The notes beneath the pieces were generated by a model. That model ran no database searches and was not told the origin of the DNA. It was given only the letters and a program-made list of their open reading frames with translations. This document shows, piece after piece, positions 13,069-24,999 of a stretch of DNA of 64,000 nucleotides. The stretch covers positions 112,778,001-112,842,000 of the forward strand of contig OX597817.1 of assembly GCA_951406725.2 (NCBI GenBank), given 5' to 3'. Each line of letters begins with the position of its first letter. Positions within the stretch are counted from its first letter, which is position 1. The position numbers and the translations under genes were made by a program. This stretch comes from Octopus vulgaris. Lineage: Eukaryota.

Positions 13069-13296
13069 TTAATCCTTTAATATTTAAACTGACTTTATCC
13101 AGATCAAATATTCTAACCGTTTTCTGTTCAAACCAACCAGATCTGGCCTATCACACCTACTCGAAAATATCATTTTAAAAATAAACAATGACATCATCAA
13201 AATCTCAAAGCTGTAAGATGATGAATGATTAATTCAAAACAATGCAAATAAATAAGTATTACATTTGTTGGGATAATCTGAATGCTAAAAAGTTAA
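13069..13296. mobile_element. TTAA-flanked (piggyBac-like) MITE
   Basis: TTAATCCTTTAATATTTAAAC...CTGAATGCTAAAAAGTTAA; related copies at 33340-33567, 47863-48869, about 56650-56990 and about 62750-62840. Confidence 0.65.
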
Positions 13297-13489
13297 TACC
13301 ATAAAATAATGGTTCTGTAACTGACAAATACCAGATACCCTGCTAACCCCACCCGCCGAATTTAATTCTTTGTTTCCATCCTCTTTTTTCATTGTCAAAA
13401 TAGAGTTGCATCTATGTAATTCTTCTTTCTTCACCATAGTATTGGATAATTTTAAAAACTTTGAAGCATTTCTAATTTTATTAAAACAT

Positions 13490-13925
13490 CAAAGCATCTA
13501 GCTGTCAACTATTTCAAAGTTAGCAAAACTTGCCCTCTTTTGGGCACATGTAGAGAGCATTCTTCTCTATGGAGCTGCAACCTGGACCATGAAGAAGAAG
13601 CTTCAAGATCCTTTATAGGGTACATTCACAAGGCTTCTCTTTAGGGCTTAAAGCATCTCATAGTGTGAACAAGACTAAAGAGGAGATTTATAGATACATT
13701 TCAACTATATCATTATTGCTCATTTCAGATAGGCTTTGCTGACCACTGCTATCATGATGAGTAACAGGCTATATCAAATATGTTTTGGAAACTTCCACAC
13801 CCTAACAAGGATGAAGACCACTCAATTACATCGATGTTATTGGCAGAGACACACAATATGAAAATGAAGACTTGTTGAAGGTAATGAAGGATCAAGATTC
13901 CTGGTACAGCATAGTGAAAGAAGAA
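13490..13925 (+). mobile_element. Degenerate RTE-like LINE 3' fragment
   Basis: VESILLYGAATWTMKKKLQD..HCYH..RPLNYIDVIGRDT..LLKVMKDQDSWYSIV. Confidence 0.7.
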
Positions 13926-14188
13926 GTATTTTATTCACCACAATACTTTGTGTGTACACTCACACTCATCATCCCCTCACCCAAAGAAAATCACTGATAA
14001 GGCATCTAGCTCAACTTTCAGTTGTTTATCAACTCCATCACCCTTGTTGATTTCTTAAATTTGTACACAGCCACAAAAACAAAGAGAATCACTGATTGAA
14101 ACATACACACTCAGTATAACACTGGTACATTTCTTATTGGCTCCAGCAGGATCACAAGCCAAATACTCTTGTAAGAAACCATCTACAT

Positions 14189-14564
14189 CAGGTGTTCCCA
14201 ACCAGGGTCCATATCAGATTTGGATATGAGATCCATTCAAACAAAATAGTAAATCAGAGATCCACAGTAGTATTTTAAGGGTCCATGAAAAACATTTTGC
14301 TTTAAATAAATTTATTGCAAGAAGCAGCTAGGCTTCTTTCTCTAATGTTTTACATAATTCAGCATGTTTTCTGCCATTGAAACATCTTTTCTCAGAGAGT
14401 GTTATTGCAAACCTACACAACTGAATGAGTGAGAAACAAAATAGGAATTTTGAAATAAGTATCTATAAAACTAGTTTTTAAATATTGAATGTCTATGGTG
14501 GTCCACCAGAATAAAATAGTAATCAAAGGGATCCATAGGTTTAAAAAATGGTTAAGAACCACTG
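14189..14564. mobile_element. hAT-type MITE
   Basis: TIRs CAGGTGTTCCCAACC / GGTTAAGAACCACTG; 8-bp TSD ATCTACAT / ATCTGCAT. Confidence 0.8.
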
Positions 14565-16234
14565 ATCTGCATGAATGTTCACCCCATAAGAACTACCCAT
14601 CAAATTACACCACAACAGTCTTTCTTTTTTAAATAAAGATGCATTAGTAAATGTAGCCCTATAAACTCCTTCAAAAGTTATGGGAGTATCACAGCTGGAA
14701 TGTTTAGATCACTGGACTTCTCAACAACAACAAACTGAGAAATTTGAATTCCGAATATATAGAGAAGAGACTCCAGTACAGTAAAAAAGTTAGTCTGATG
14801 CTCTACTCTTTCTGCTATATGTCATCATATATTGATTCAATTTTAAGATGATCATTTACAGATCCAGTTTGTTTCCCCAATACACAAGAATGATATAATT
14901 ACTTTGAAGTTAAACAAAATAAGAAAAGAGAATCAATTTTAATGCAAATTTCATACATTTAGATTGTTTTATTGATTTGAAAAAATTATGTTTTGTTTAT
15001 CTGCTGTGAATTTTGTTTTAAAGAATTGATATATAAAATAGCAATTAAAAGAACATTATTTCAATGAATCAATTTTCTAATATATTCTCCAAATCCAATA
15101 TTTTATACACATGTAATGAATCTTTTGTTTAGCAAAATTATTTGCTCTCAATTGAAGATAGTGCTTTGAAATAGAATAAATTGATATGAGACTGAAAGAT
15201 ACTTTTTTTTTTTTTTTACTATAATTAATTACCTTTAAAGGTGGCTGATTGGCAGAATCATTAGAGCATTGAACAACCATGCCTTACAATATGTTTTCTT
15301 GTTCTTTACATTCTGAGTTCAAATTCCACCATGGTCAACTTAGCCATTCATTCTTTTGAGATTGATGAAATAAAGTTACAGTCAAGTTTTAGAGTTGATG
15401 TAATCAATTAACTCTTCTCTTTGAAATTGCTGCTTTTGTGTCATCATTTAATGTCTGTTTTCCATGCTGACATGGGTTAGATGGTTTGACTGAAAACTGG
15501 TAAGCTGCACCAGGTTCTAATCTGATTTAGCATGGTTCCTACAGCTGGATCCCCTTCCTAACACCAACCACTATAAGAGTATAGTGGGTCCTTTTCACGT
15601 GTTTCCAGCATGGGAAACAATTTTTATATTTTGGTTCTTTGAAAGAAAATCAAAAGATCTCATTTTGAAAAGAAAGCTGCTTTTTGATAATTTTGTTGAA
15701 ATCCCTCAGTAAATGCTTAATTGCTTCATGAAAATATTTTGTTCAATCTTCTTTAGTCCACGATTAGACCTTATAGTAAAGTCTGTCAGTCAATTGCTGT
15801 TCTACACGAGGGCTCAGTTTGGCAGCATATTGGATACATAAGTGTAGATACATATTGTAGACACATAAGTGTCTACAATAACTTAGACACTTACGTGTAA
15901 GAAACAAAGTTCACTAACTTTAAGTAGATATCTCAGGGTGGTACACTTCAATATCATAAATAGGAACTGTATTGTAAAATTAACAATAATTTCATTGATT
16001 CTTAGAGCTGGTTCAATTTCTCCTGTGAGAAAAAATGTATTATTCAGCAGCCAAATCTAACTTATGTCTCACCCTACTGTCTTATGAAATGAAAAGACAT
16101 ATTGAATTAAGTAGTCCTAGATACACTACACCTGAACAAAAAATGACATGATATTAGTTCTGGAAAACCCTTCATCATAGATCTGTTTAATTAGGGTTGA
16201 CTTGGAGCCAAACAACTACAACAATAACAACTTT

Positions 16235-16495
16235 AGAGTGGTAGCAGGAAGCTTCTAGAAATCCGAGTTGGTAATGGTAGGACATGGTTAAGGAAGATAT
16301 CCAGAGGATCAATGTCACCTTGGAGGATGCAGAGGGGCTGGCATGAGACCACCAGCGATGAAGAGCACTGTTGGATCTGGTCAGCTCTATGCATGATCAC
16401 ATCTATACATAATGACTTGTCTGGGACCACTAACCTGGGATGACCCCTGATCCCCGGCCCCATCAAGCAAGTGCATGAAGCAAGCAAGCAAGTAA
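16235..16495 (+). mobile_element. RTE LINE extreme 3' fragment with (CAAG)n tail
   Basis: DMVKEDIQRINVTLEDAEGLA*DHQR*RALLDLVSS followed by CAAGCAAGCAAG. Confidence 0.55.
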
Positions 16496-16754
16496 TGTGT
16501 TTGTAACTATGATTAGGAATGAGAATGAACTCAGGAATCATTACTTAGTTATATACTAGTTTCCAATATTCTGATCCACCATAAAGATTAATAAGTTCAA
16601 TCCCATCAGAAAGCATGTATGATGAAGATGGTGAAGACTGATCTCAAGGTACTGTGAATCATAATGGGGACTTTGACCATTGGCAACACAGCGTGCTGAA
16701 GAAGATCTCTTGACCCATTCAAGTATGAAAAAATCATACATAAAGTCTTTTTTT

Positions 16755-17198
16755 ATTGGGTCATACCATAAATAATGCGGAATTTTCAATTGCCTGAACT
16801 AAAAGTTGGAGGGGGACAGGATAAACTACCTGCATCAACTTGCTATCAAAGCAGGTAGTAATTTTACCTTGTACTTATTTTTGATACAGATTTTGAAGAG
16901 CACAGTTCAATTTTAACATTGTTTTAAAGCTATAATGGAAGCGACAAAGGAGCATGTTCAGTACATTTTGCTTTATGAAATCAATAAAGGCAACAACACA
17001 ACAGAAAGTGTGAGGAATATTAATGCAGTGTACATTATTTACATTGTTTACATTTGATGGATATTTGTCCTCGTCTTGTTTGTTGTTAACACGTTTCGGA
17101 TGATATACCCTCCAGCACTCATCAGGTGCCTTGGGGAAATTTCGAACCTGGGTTCTCATTCCTAAGGTATTTTTCAATGTTGTTGTTACTACTACTAC

Positions 17199-17245
<47 letters not shown>

Positions 17246-18297
17246 TCACTGCCTGGAATCGAACTCAGAATCTTGGGGTTAGTAGCCCACACTCTTAACC
17301 ACTACGCCATATGCCCGTATGTATATTAATGCAGTATTTGGGGATCAGTGTAAGCCAGTGTCAATGGTGGTTCCAGAAATTCCAAGCCAGAAACTACAGC
17401 GTAGATGGCAAGCCTTGTCCTGGAAGATCTGTAGAACTTGATAAGGATGTCCTGCAAACTCTGGTGGAATAAAATCCCATCATAATTGTTGAGGAACTAG
17501 CAGAGAAGCTTGGATTTGGTCATTCAACCATTCATTGATGCTTGTGTGCCATCAGAAAAGTCAGCAAATTGGGTCAATGGGTTCCTCACAAACTTTCCGA
17601 GTCTAATCACATGCAGAGAGTGAATGTGTGCTCTTCTTTGCTGTCACGTCTCATGAATGAACCTTTTTTGGAGTGAATAGTGACTGGTGATGAGAAATGG
17701 GTTCTCTATAAAATATCAAGTGCCAAAGACAGTGGAAAAGGAAAGGAGAAACATTGGCACCTCAAGCTAAAGAAGGTCTTCACCCACATAAGGTATTGCT
17801 ATCTGTTTGATGGGATATGAGAGGTTTAGTCCATTTTGAACTTTTAAACCCAAACCAAAGGAGATCTACTGTGAGCAGCTTGAGTGGCTTGAGCGCTAGA
17901 AGAAAAACAACCATCTTTGGTTTCAAGACGAAAGGTGTTCTTCCATCAGGATAATGCTTGGCCACATACAGCGAGGATAACAATCCGGGAAACGATGCCC
18001 CACCCACCATATTTGCTGGACATTGCTCCATCTGATAATCATTTATTCTGCAGTCTTCAAAATCATTTGGGCAGAAAAAATATGAATTCTGTAGACGAGG
18101 TCAGAACAGTATTGGAGGAGTATTTTTCATCACTGACAAGTGAATTTTGGAAGAGGGACCTTGCAAGTCTACCAGATAGATGGAAGAGCATTGTAGAAAA
18201 CGAAGGAGAGTGTATTTTAGATTAAAAAAGAACTCAATCTTAATTTTGAAAAATAAAAGAAGTATTAAAAAAATGCATTGTTTATGGAATGCAGCAG
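16755..18297 (+). mobile_element. mariner (DD34D) transposon, pseudogenised, interrupted by a SINE at 17030-17322
   Basis: MEATKEHVQYILLYEINKG.., WVPHKL, IVTGDEKW, FHQDNAWPH, HPPYLLDIAPSDNHLF..LPDRWKSIVENEGECILD; degenerate TIRs. Confidence 0.9.
17030..17322 (-). mobile_element. tRNA-headed SINE with internal (AAT)n and a Penelope-type hammerhead tail
   Basis: A-box TGGCGTAGTGG, B-box GAGTTCGATTCC; tail GGCAC-CTGATGA...CCGAAACGTGTT; TSD ATATTAATGCAGT at 17017-17029 and 17323-17335; headless second copy at 40400-40575. Confidence 0.8.
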
Positions 18298-18367
18298 TAG
18301 ATGATAAAGCTATAAATAAAAGCATGTAAATATTGAATTAAAAACCCTTTGAATTGAAAAAGTCGAA

Positions 18368-18439
18368 GGCTACCTATGGAACTTGAACCCACATCCCTGT
18401 AAACATGACAGCTGTCTTACCATTGAACCAAAATAATCC
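18368..18439 (-). pseudogene. tRNA-like cloverleaf within a dispersed repeat (second copy 45761-45834)
   Basis: TGGTTCAATGG A-box, CTGT-CATGTTT-ACAG anticodon arm, GGTTCAAGTTCC B-box, T5 run just downstream. Confidence 0.5.
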
Positions 18440-18510
18440 TTTGAATTTCTCAATCCATTTTAGAAAATTTATTCTTACCTGCGAGAATTCTTAAAATATC
18501 AACAACATAC

Positions 18511-18915
18511 AGGTGCAGATGTCGCTGTGTGGTAAGAAATTTTCTTGCTAACCACATGGTTCTGGATCAAGTCTCACTGCATGGAACCTTGGGCAAACGT
18601 ATTCTACGATAGCTTCAGGCCAACCAAAACCTTGTGAGTGGATCTGGTAGATAGAAACTGAAAGAAACCTGTTGTATATATATTTGTGTGTGTGTGTCTG
18701 TGTTTGTCCCCCCCACAACTGCTTGACAACTGGTGTTGGTGTGTTTACATCCCCAGTAACTTAGAAGTTTAGCAAAAGAGTCCGATAGAATAAGTACCGG
18801 GCTTAAAAAGAAAAACAAAAAGTATTGAGTTTGATTCATTTGACTAAAAATTCTTCAAGGCAGTGCCCCAGCATAGCCACAGTCTAATTACTGAAACAAG
18901 TAGAAGATAAAAGAT
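18511..18915 (+). mobile_element. SINE family A, full length
   Basis: Matches 29228-29648. Confidence 0.8.
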
Positions 18916-19918
18916 ACCTTAAAATGTTGGTACTTATGAATTCAGGGATGTTTAATATCATCATCAGTATCATCATCATCCTCATCAACATCATTGTTTT
19001 TAAATGTCTACTTTTTCAGGCTTGCATGGATTCAGAATGCAGTATGTTGGTATAGACTTTACTATGGTTGGATGCCTTACCTGTTTCTAACCTCCACTTG
19101 TTTCCAAGTGAGATGGTTATAATCTCTCTCTCTCGCTCTGTCAAACAATAACAAACAGCTTGGACGTATTTACTGGCAATAACTAGAAAACAAATGACAC
19201 TCTATGAAGATCGTACATGTCAAAACATGTCATACAACATGGATGTGCTTTTGTACTGGACTGTAAGCAAAACAGCATCATTAGCAAAACCATTGTTTAC
19301 AATCAGTGAATTATAACATGCATGTAGAAAAGGGAAATACGAACACACTTTGACACGCACACACACATATATATCATCATCGCCTGTACCACTACCACCA
19401 CCACCACCACTATCATCATCATTATCATCATCATCATCACCACCACCACCACCACCACCATCATCATCATCATTATCACCATCACCACCAACACCATCAT
19501 TATCATTTAAATATCCATTTTTTCATGTTTGCAGGGAATTTGTTGGAATTTGTTGAGGCAAATTTTTTGTATGGCCTGATGCCCCTCAAGTCATCAACAC
19601 TAACCTGTTTCTTAACAAAGTAGTATTTCTCATAGCCAGACACATTTTGTGAGTGTGTGTTTGTGCTTGTGCCCATGTTTTAACCATTGATGTAAAAACA
19701 TGAGCCAACACAAACGCACACGTGTGTGTGTTTGTGTGTGTGTGTAAATATATGACAGCCGTCTCTAAGCTTCTGCCTATCAAATTCATTTACACGGCTT
19801 TGGTTAACCTGGAACTATAGTAGAAAGCACTTGCCAAGGTGCCAAGCAGTGGGTCTGAACTTGAGAATGCATACTAAGAGAAGTAACTCGGGGTGTATTT
19901 GAACAACAAAGATGAGTA

Positions 19919-20110
19919 CAGGCATCCCCCGTGTTACATTCCCCCCAGGTTATGGGATTTTGCACTTATAGAAATTGTAAAGTATGACCATTAATTTTGG
20001 GATACAAGTCTATAATTTCGCACTTATGGAAACTCATATATAGTTATAAATTGTTAACAATTTAAAGCTACACTTACTTCTTAGATTAATGACCACTCGT
20101 GTTTCAGTTA
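19919..20110 (+). mobile_element. Tigger/pogo-like left end
   Basis: TA-CAGGCATCCCCCGTGTTAC terminus with subterminal CGCACTTA-type repeats; a transposase remnant lies downstream. Confidence 0.45.
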
Positions 20111-21139
20111 AGATTGAAGTATATAGTTAACAATTTGAAAATAAACTATCATTATGTTACACACATTCATGCATGCACATGCACATATATATAATGTGTA
20201 TATGTGTGTGTGCGTGTGTATATGTATGTATGTATCTATGTATCTATGTATGTGTGTGCATGCATACATGTGTGTGTGTGTGTGTTTTTAATCATTAACA
20301 CAAACACAGCCACCACCAACAACAATAATATAGAGTATGAAGAAGCTAAGCAAATCCATTTCAAATAAAAACTTATAATGTGGTATCATAGTTTATTTTA
20401 AAAATTGAATGAAATGTCTTTGAACTTAGGTCTATGAGGATTGACTTGAGATTAAACACTCACAACAATTAGCCAGAACAATATGACCACTACATCAGTA
20501 ACAATACCCAACCACTTTGATTAACATATAAACCAATGCAACCCACATTATCACCATTACCAAGCCACTGACTTTTGAATCCAACTGGCTACAACAGATA
20601 TCAGTGTGTACACGAACACGTGTGTGTCTGTGTGTGGATATGTGAGTCTATGTGTATGTATGACTATTTGGGTATGAGTATATGTGTATTTGTCTTAAGT
20701 CGGAAGTGCAAGAAGCAAATTGTTAATAAAATCTGGTGACCCTGCAGCTAACTATAATTACATAATATTTTCTCTTCTTCAGTCTGTCACCTTTGAATCT
20801 CATTTTCATAATTACATCCATAGGAATAAGATAATTTCTGCTCTCATAGAACAGATTTTTCTTGGGCCAATTTGTTTTTACACCAGCCTCTTCTGGCCCC
20901 TGTGCCGGTGGCATGTAAAAAGTATCCACTACACTCATGGAGTGGTTGGTGTTAGGAAGGGTATCCAGCTGTAGAAACACTGCCAGATCAGACTGGTGCC
21001 TGGTGCAGCCTACTGGTTTCCCAGACCCCAGTCGAACTGTCCAACCCATGCTAGCATGGAAAACAGATTTTAAACGATGATGATGATGATATTTGTTGTG
21101 GATAATCAATTGCTGCTGCTGTTGGATTTATCTTCAATT

Positions 21140-21810
21140 TAAGATGTCAGGAAAGAAGCTCCTAAATAGAACTGAAGGCAGTAGTGTGAAAAGAAATGAA
21201 AAGTCTTTGAACTGGATATTAAACTTGATGTTTTAAAAAAGTCTTGATGAAGAAGTAAAACTAAGTTTGTCATGTTAATCGTGCAAAGACCTTATATTTC
21301 CATAGATCTAATGTAAAGCTTAAAATGGAACAACTCTTGAATATATATAAATCAGGGCTCAGAATTGGTGCAAACAAAAGTTTGCATGATGATTTGCCAA
21401 AAAGCAATGGTGAAACTTCTAATGAAAATCCTTTTTTGGCTAGTAAAAGCTGGTTTGAAAGGTTTAAAAGTGCATGAATTTGCACAATTTGAAAGTGACA
21501 AGTGAAACTGCAAGTGCTGATAAAGAGGCTACTACTAATTATCCAGAGCAGGCTAAAGAAAATGATTCATGAAGAAGGTTACACACCAAAGCAAGTACAC
21601 AATGTTGATGAGACTGCACTTTTGTGGAAGCGCATACCTGCTAGAACTTCTTGAAAAAAAGAAAATCAACACCAGGATTGAAAGCTTCCAAAAATCATTC
21701 GATACTTCATTTAGGAGGAAATTCCACTGGTGATATGAAATTAAAGGGCTTTCAAGGTTTACACAAGGTGTAACCCTCCTCTGATTTGATGGTCAAATAA
21801 GAAGGCATGG
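21140..21810 (+). mobile_element. Tigger/pogo (TIGD1-like) transposase remnant
   Basis: FLASKSWFERFK..LHNLKVTSETASADKEA..IHEEGYTPKQVHNVDETALLWKRIPART..LGGNSTGDMKLK. Confidence 0.85.
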
Positions 21811-22077
21811 ATAACTATTTCTTTTCACTTATCTCTTTCTATATTTTAATCTTGATATTTCTATCTTTCAAGTCTCCTTTTTCTATTTTCTTTTCTTATT
21901 TTTCTCTTCCTAATCTTCCCCAACTTCTCTTTTCTTCTCACTTTCTCTTTTTCCCTTCTTTTATCATCTATGCTTTACATCTTTCTTTCGCTTACATATA
22001 TACCTATATTTTTATATTTTTTGCCCTCTTCTTTTTCCATTGTTCTTTCCAGCCTGTCATCATTTCCCCCACTGGCT

Positions 22078-22319
<242 letters not shown>

Positions 22320-22664
22320 TCGCCCCCAAACCTCCTTTTCCTGACCCCCATTCTTTCCCCACCAGTCTTTACTTTCACTGTCAATGTTTTCCCTTTCTAT
22401 AACAATGTTTGGACTTGGTAGTTTGATTAATTTTGTAGCTATTGACCTGCTATGGCTAACCACTGCCAGCATTAGTTGGTTCTATCTCATGCCAGCTGCT
22501 GTCATATGATACTGGCTTAAAGCAATCAATAAACCAATAGATCAATATATTGTTCTCTCTTTTACTTCTTGTCTGCAGATTGGAACCAGGACTTGTGACC
22601 TGCTAGATTTTTCAACTGAAATCCAATAGTGGGGCAGGATTACCAAAGAAGAGAAGAAAAAGAA

Positions 22665-22709
<45 letters not shown>

Positions 22710-22860
22710 CACGACTTTGTAAATGAACAATCTGGTGTGTTTATTTTAATGGCCTACCAATGAATAAAGTGAGTTTCTTTGCCCTAGGTGTTGGGAAGAC
22801 ATTCAGAAAGAAATAGAAACAAAATTGAAAGAAGAGGATAATAATAATAATAATAATAAA

Positions 22861-23379
22861 TGCCCTGGCTCTCATGGCTTCTGGTCTTAACTGACTGGAA
22901 GTGTTAGAATGTACCTGTTTTGTCTTGGTGTAAAAGATGGGCTATATCAAATATTCTGCTCAATATCACAGATTTTCTGGTTAGTTCTTTAACCTTAACC
23001 AGTTGAGCATGTCCCTTAATGGCTGATGTGCATCTCTGATCATGAGCAGGAGTTGTGGGGGAGCACCAAAGCTACTTGTTGAGAGGAATTATTTGAGGTT
23101 TGGATAATTCACTACTGAAAACCTGGGTGTTGCATTCATCATCCTTAAGCAACTCTTATGCAGAAACCTTTTGAGCAGGATAGGCTACTTGACTTGATAA
23201 AAATTCTAACTGCACCCCACCTACAAAGTCATGTGCTGTTTATCTTGATATGAGATCGCCATGGTTGTGATGCATGTACCTGGTGCACCCTTATCAGACG
23301 AGTAGTCATGATGGGTATACTGAGATTCATATATCTGTACCCCAGTGTAACTTTGATAACATGTGTTGCTCACTCACTC

Positions 23380-23380
<1 letters not shown>
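22861..23380 (+). mobile_element. Non-coding element of about 520-580 bp (family C) embedded in (AAT)n
   Basis: TGCCCTG...CTCACTCA with (AAT)n on both sides; homologous to 23545-23968, 24008-24660 and 48112-48697. Confidence 0.8.
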
Positions 23381-23410
<30 letters not shown>

Positions 23411-23544
23411 GTATTGGTTTCAAATTTTGCCACAAGGGCAGCCATTTTTGGGGAAGGGGATGAGTCAATTACACTGGTACTTATTTTATCAGATCTGAAA
23501 GGATGAAGGGCAAAGTCAACCTCAGTGGAATTTGAACTCAGAAT

Positions 23545-23968
23545 ATGTGCATGACAGGGTGATCTTATATCGAGATAAACAGTGCATGATCTTGCAGATG
23601 GAGCCCAGTTAAAATTTTCTTCAGATCAAGCAGCCCATCCTACTCAAAAGGTCCCTGAATAAGGGTTGTTTGAGGATGTTGAATGAAACACCCATGTTTC
23701 CAGAGGTGAATTATCCAAGCCTCAAAGAATCCCTCTCAACACATGGCTATGATGCTCCCCACTACTTTTGTTCATGATAAAAGATGCACATATCATCAGC
23801 CACTAAGGGACATGCTCAACTAGTTAAAGTCAAACAACTGACAAGCAAATCTGTGGTATTGAGCAGAATATTTGATAAAGCCCATCATTTAAACCAAGAC
23901 AAAACAATGTACATGATAACACTTCTAATCACTTAAGAGTCACTGCCTGGTACTGCATCAGGGCATTT
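23545..23968 (-). mobile_element. Family C element, 3'-truncated, inverted relative to 22861-23380
   Basis: Reverse-complement similarity; followed by (ATT)n. Confidence 0.8.
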
Positions 23969-23976
23969 ATTGCTGC

Positions 23977-24007
<31 letters not shown>

Positions 24008-24152
24008 GAGTGAGAGGGCAGTGCAAACCATCAAATTGAATCTGGGCACAAGTATATGAAGCCCAATATACCCATCATGACTACTCATCTGATAAGGAGT
24101 ACATTAGGCACATGCATCACAATCATATGTGTGTGACATGGGGATCTCATAT

Positions 24153-24397
24153 ACTCTTACTCTTTTACTTGTTTCAGTCATTTGACTGAGGCCATGCTGG
24201 AGCACAGCCTTTAGTTGAACACATCGATGCCAGGACTTATTCTTTGTAAGCCTAGTACTTATTCTATCAGTCTCTTTCACCGAACCGCTAAGTTACAGGG
24301 ACATAAACACACCAGCATCAGTTGTCAAGTGATGTTGAGGGGGGGGGACAAACACAGACACACAAACATATACACATATACACACACACATACATAC

Positions 24398-24431
<34 letters not shown>

Positions 24432-24603
24432 TTATATATAATATGGGCTTCTTTCAGTTTCCGTCTACCAAATCCACTCACAAGGCTTTGGTTGGCCCTA
24501 GGCTATAGTAGAAGACACTTGCCCAAGGTGCAATGCAATGGGACTGAACCTGGAACCATGTAGTTCGTAAGCAAGCTACTTACCACACAACCACTCCTAT
24601 GCC
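24153..24603 (-). mobile_element. SINE family A inserted into a family C copy (24008-24660)
   Basis: Family C sequence GATCTCATAT...TATCAAGATAAA resumes on the far side of the SINE. Confidence 0.8.
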
Positions 24604-24999
24604 TATCAAGATAAATAGTGCATGAACTTGCCGGTGGGGCCCAGTTAGAATCCTCTTCATGATTCCATAAATTGACAACAGAAGGATATGATCTCAGAAC
24701 ATAAATGGCTGGAACTGAATACCACAGGGCATTTTGTTTGAAGATATTGTTTACTATTAGGAAACCAGCATCCTGCATTACATGTCAGGGCTTGAGCTGA
24801 AATCCGTAAGGGAAGTGGAAATGAGGACACACTAAATATAACTAGAGGTGAAATACTGAGGCAGAGCTGAAAAGTAGGGTGCAACTGGGCAGAAGCAGAA
24901 AAGACAGACCAGAGTTGAGAACAGTTGAGAAAAGTTGTCAATCAATACCCATAAATGTAATTGTCTATAAAAGGTAATTGGCCCAACATGGCTACAGTC

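Noticed and set aside
17243-17316. tRNA gene calls for SINE heads (families A, D, E and this element)
   Set aside because: They are fused to SINE bodies and have degenerate cloverleaves
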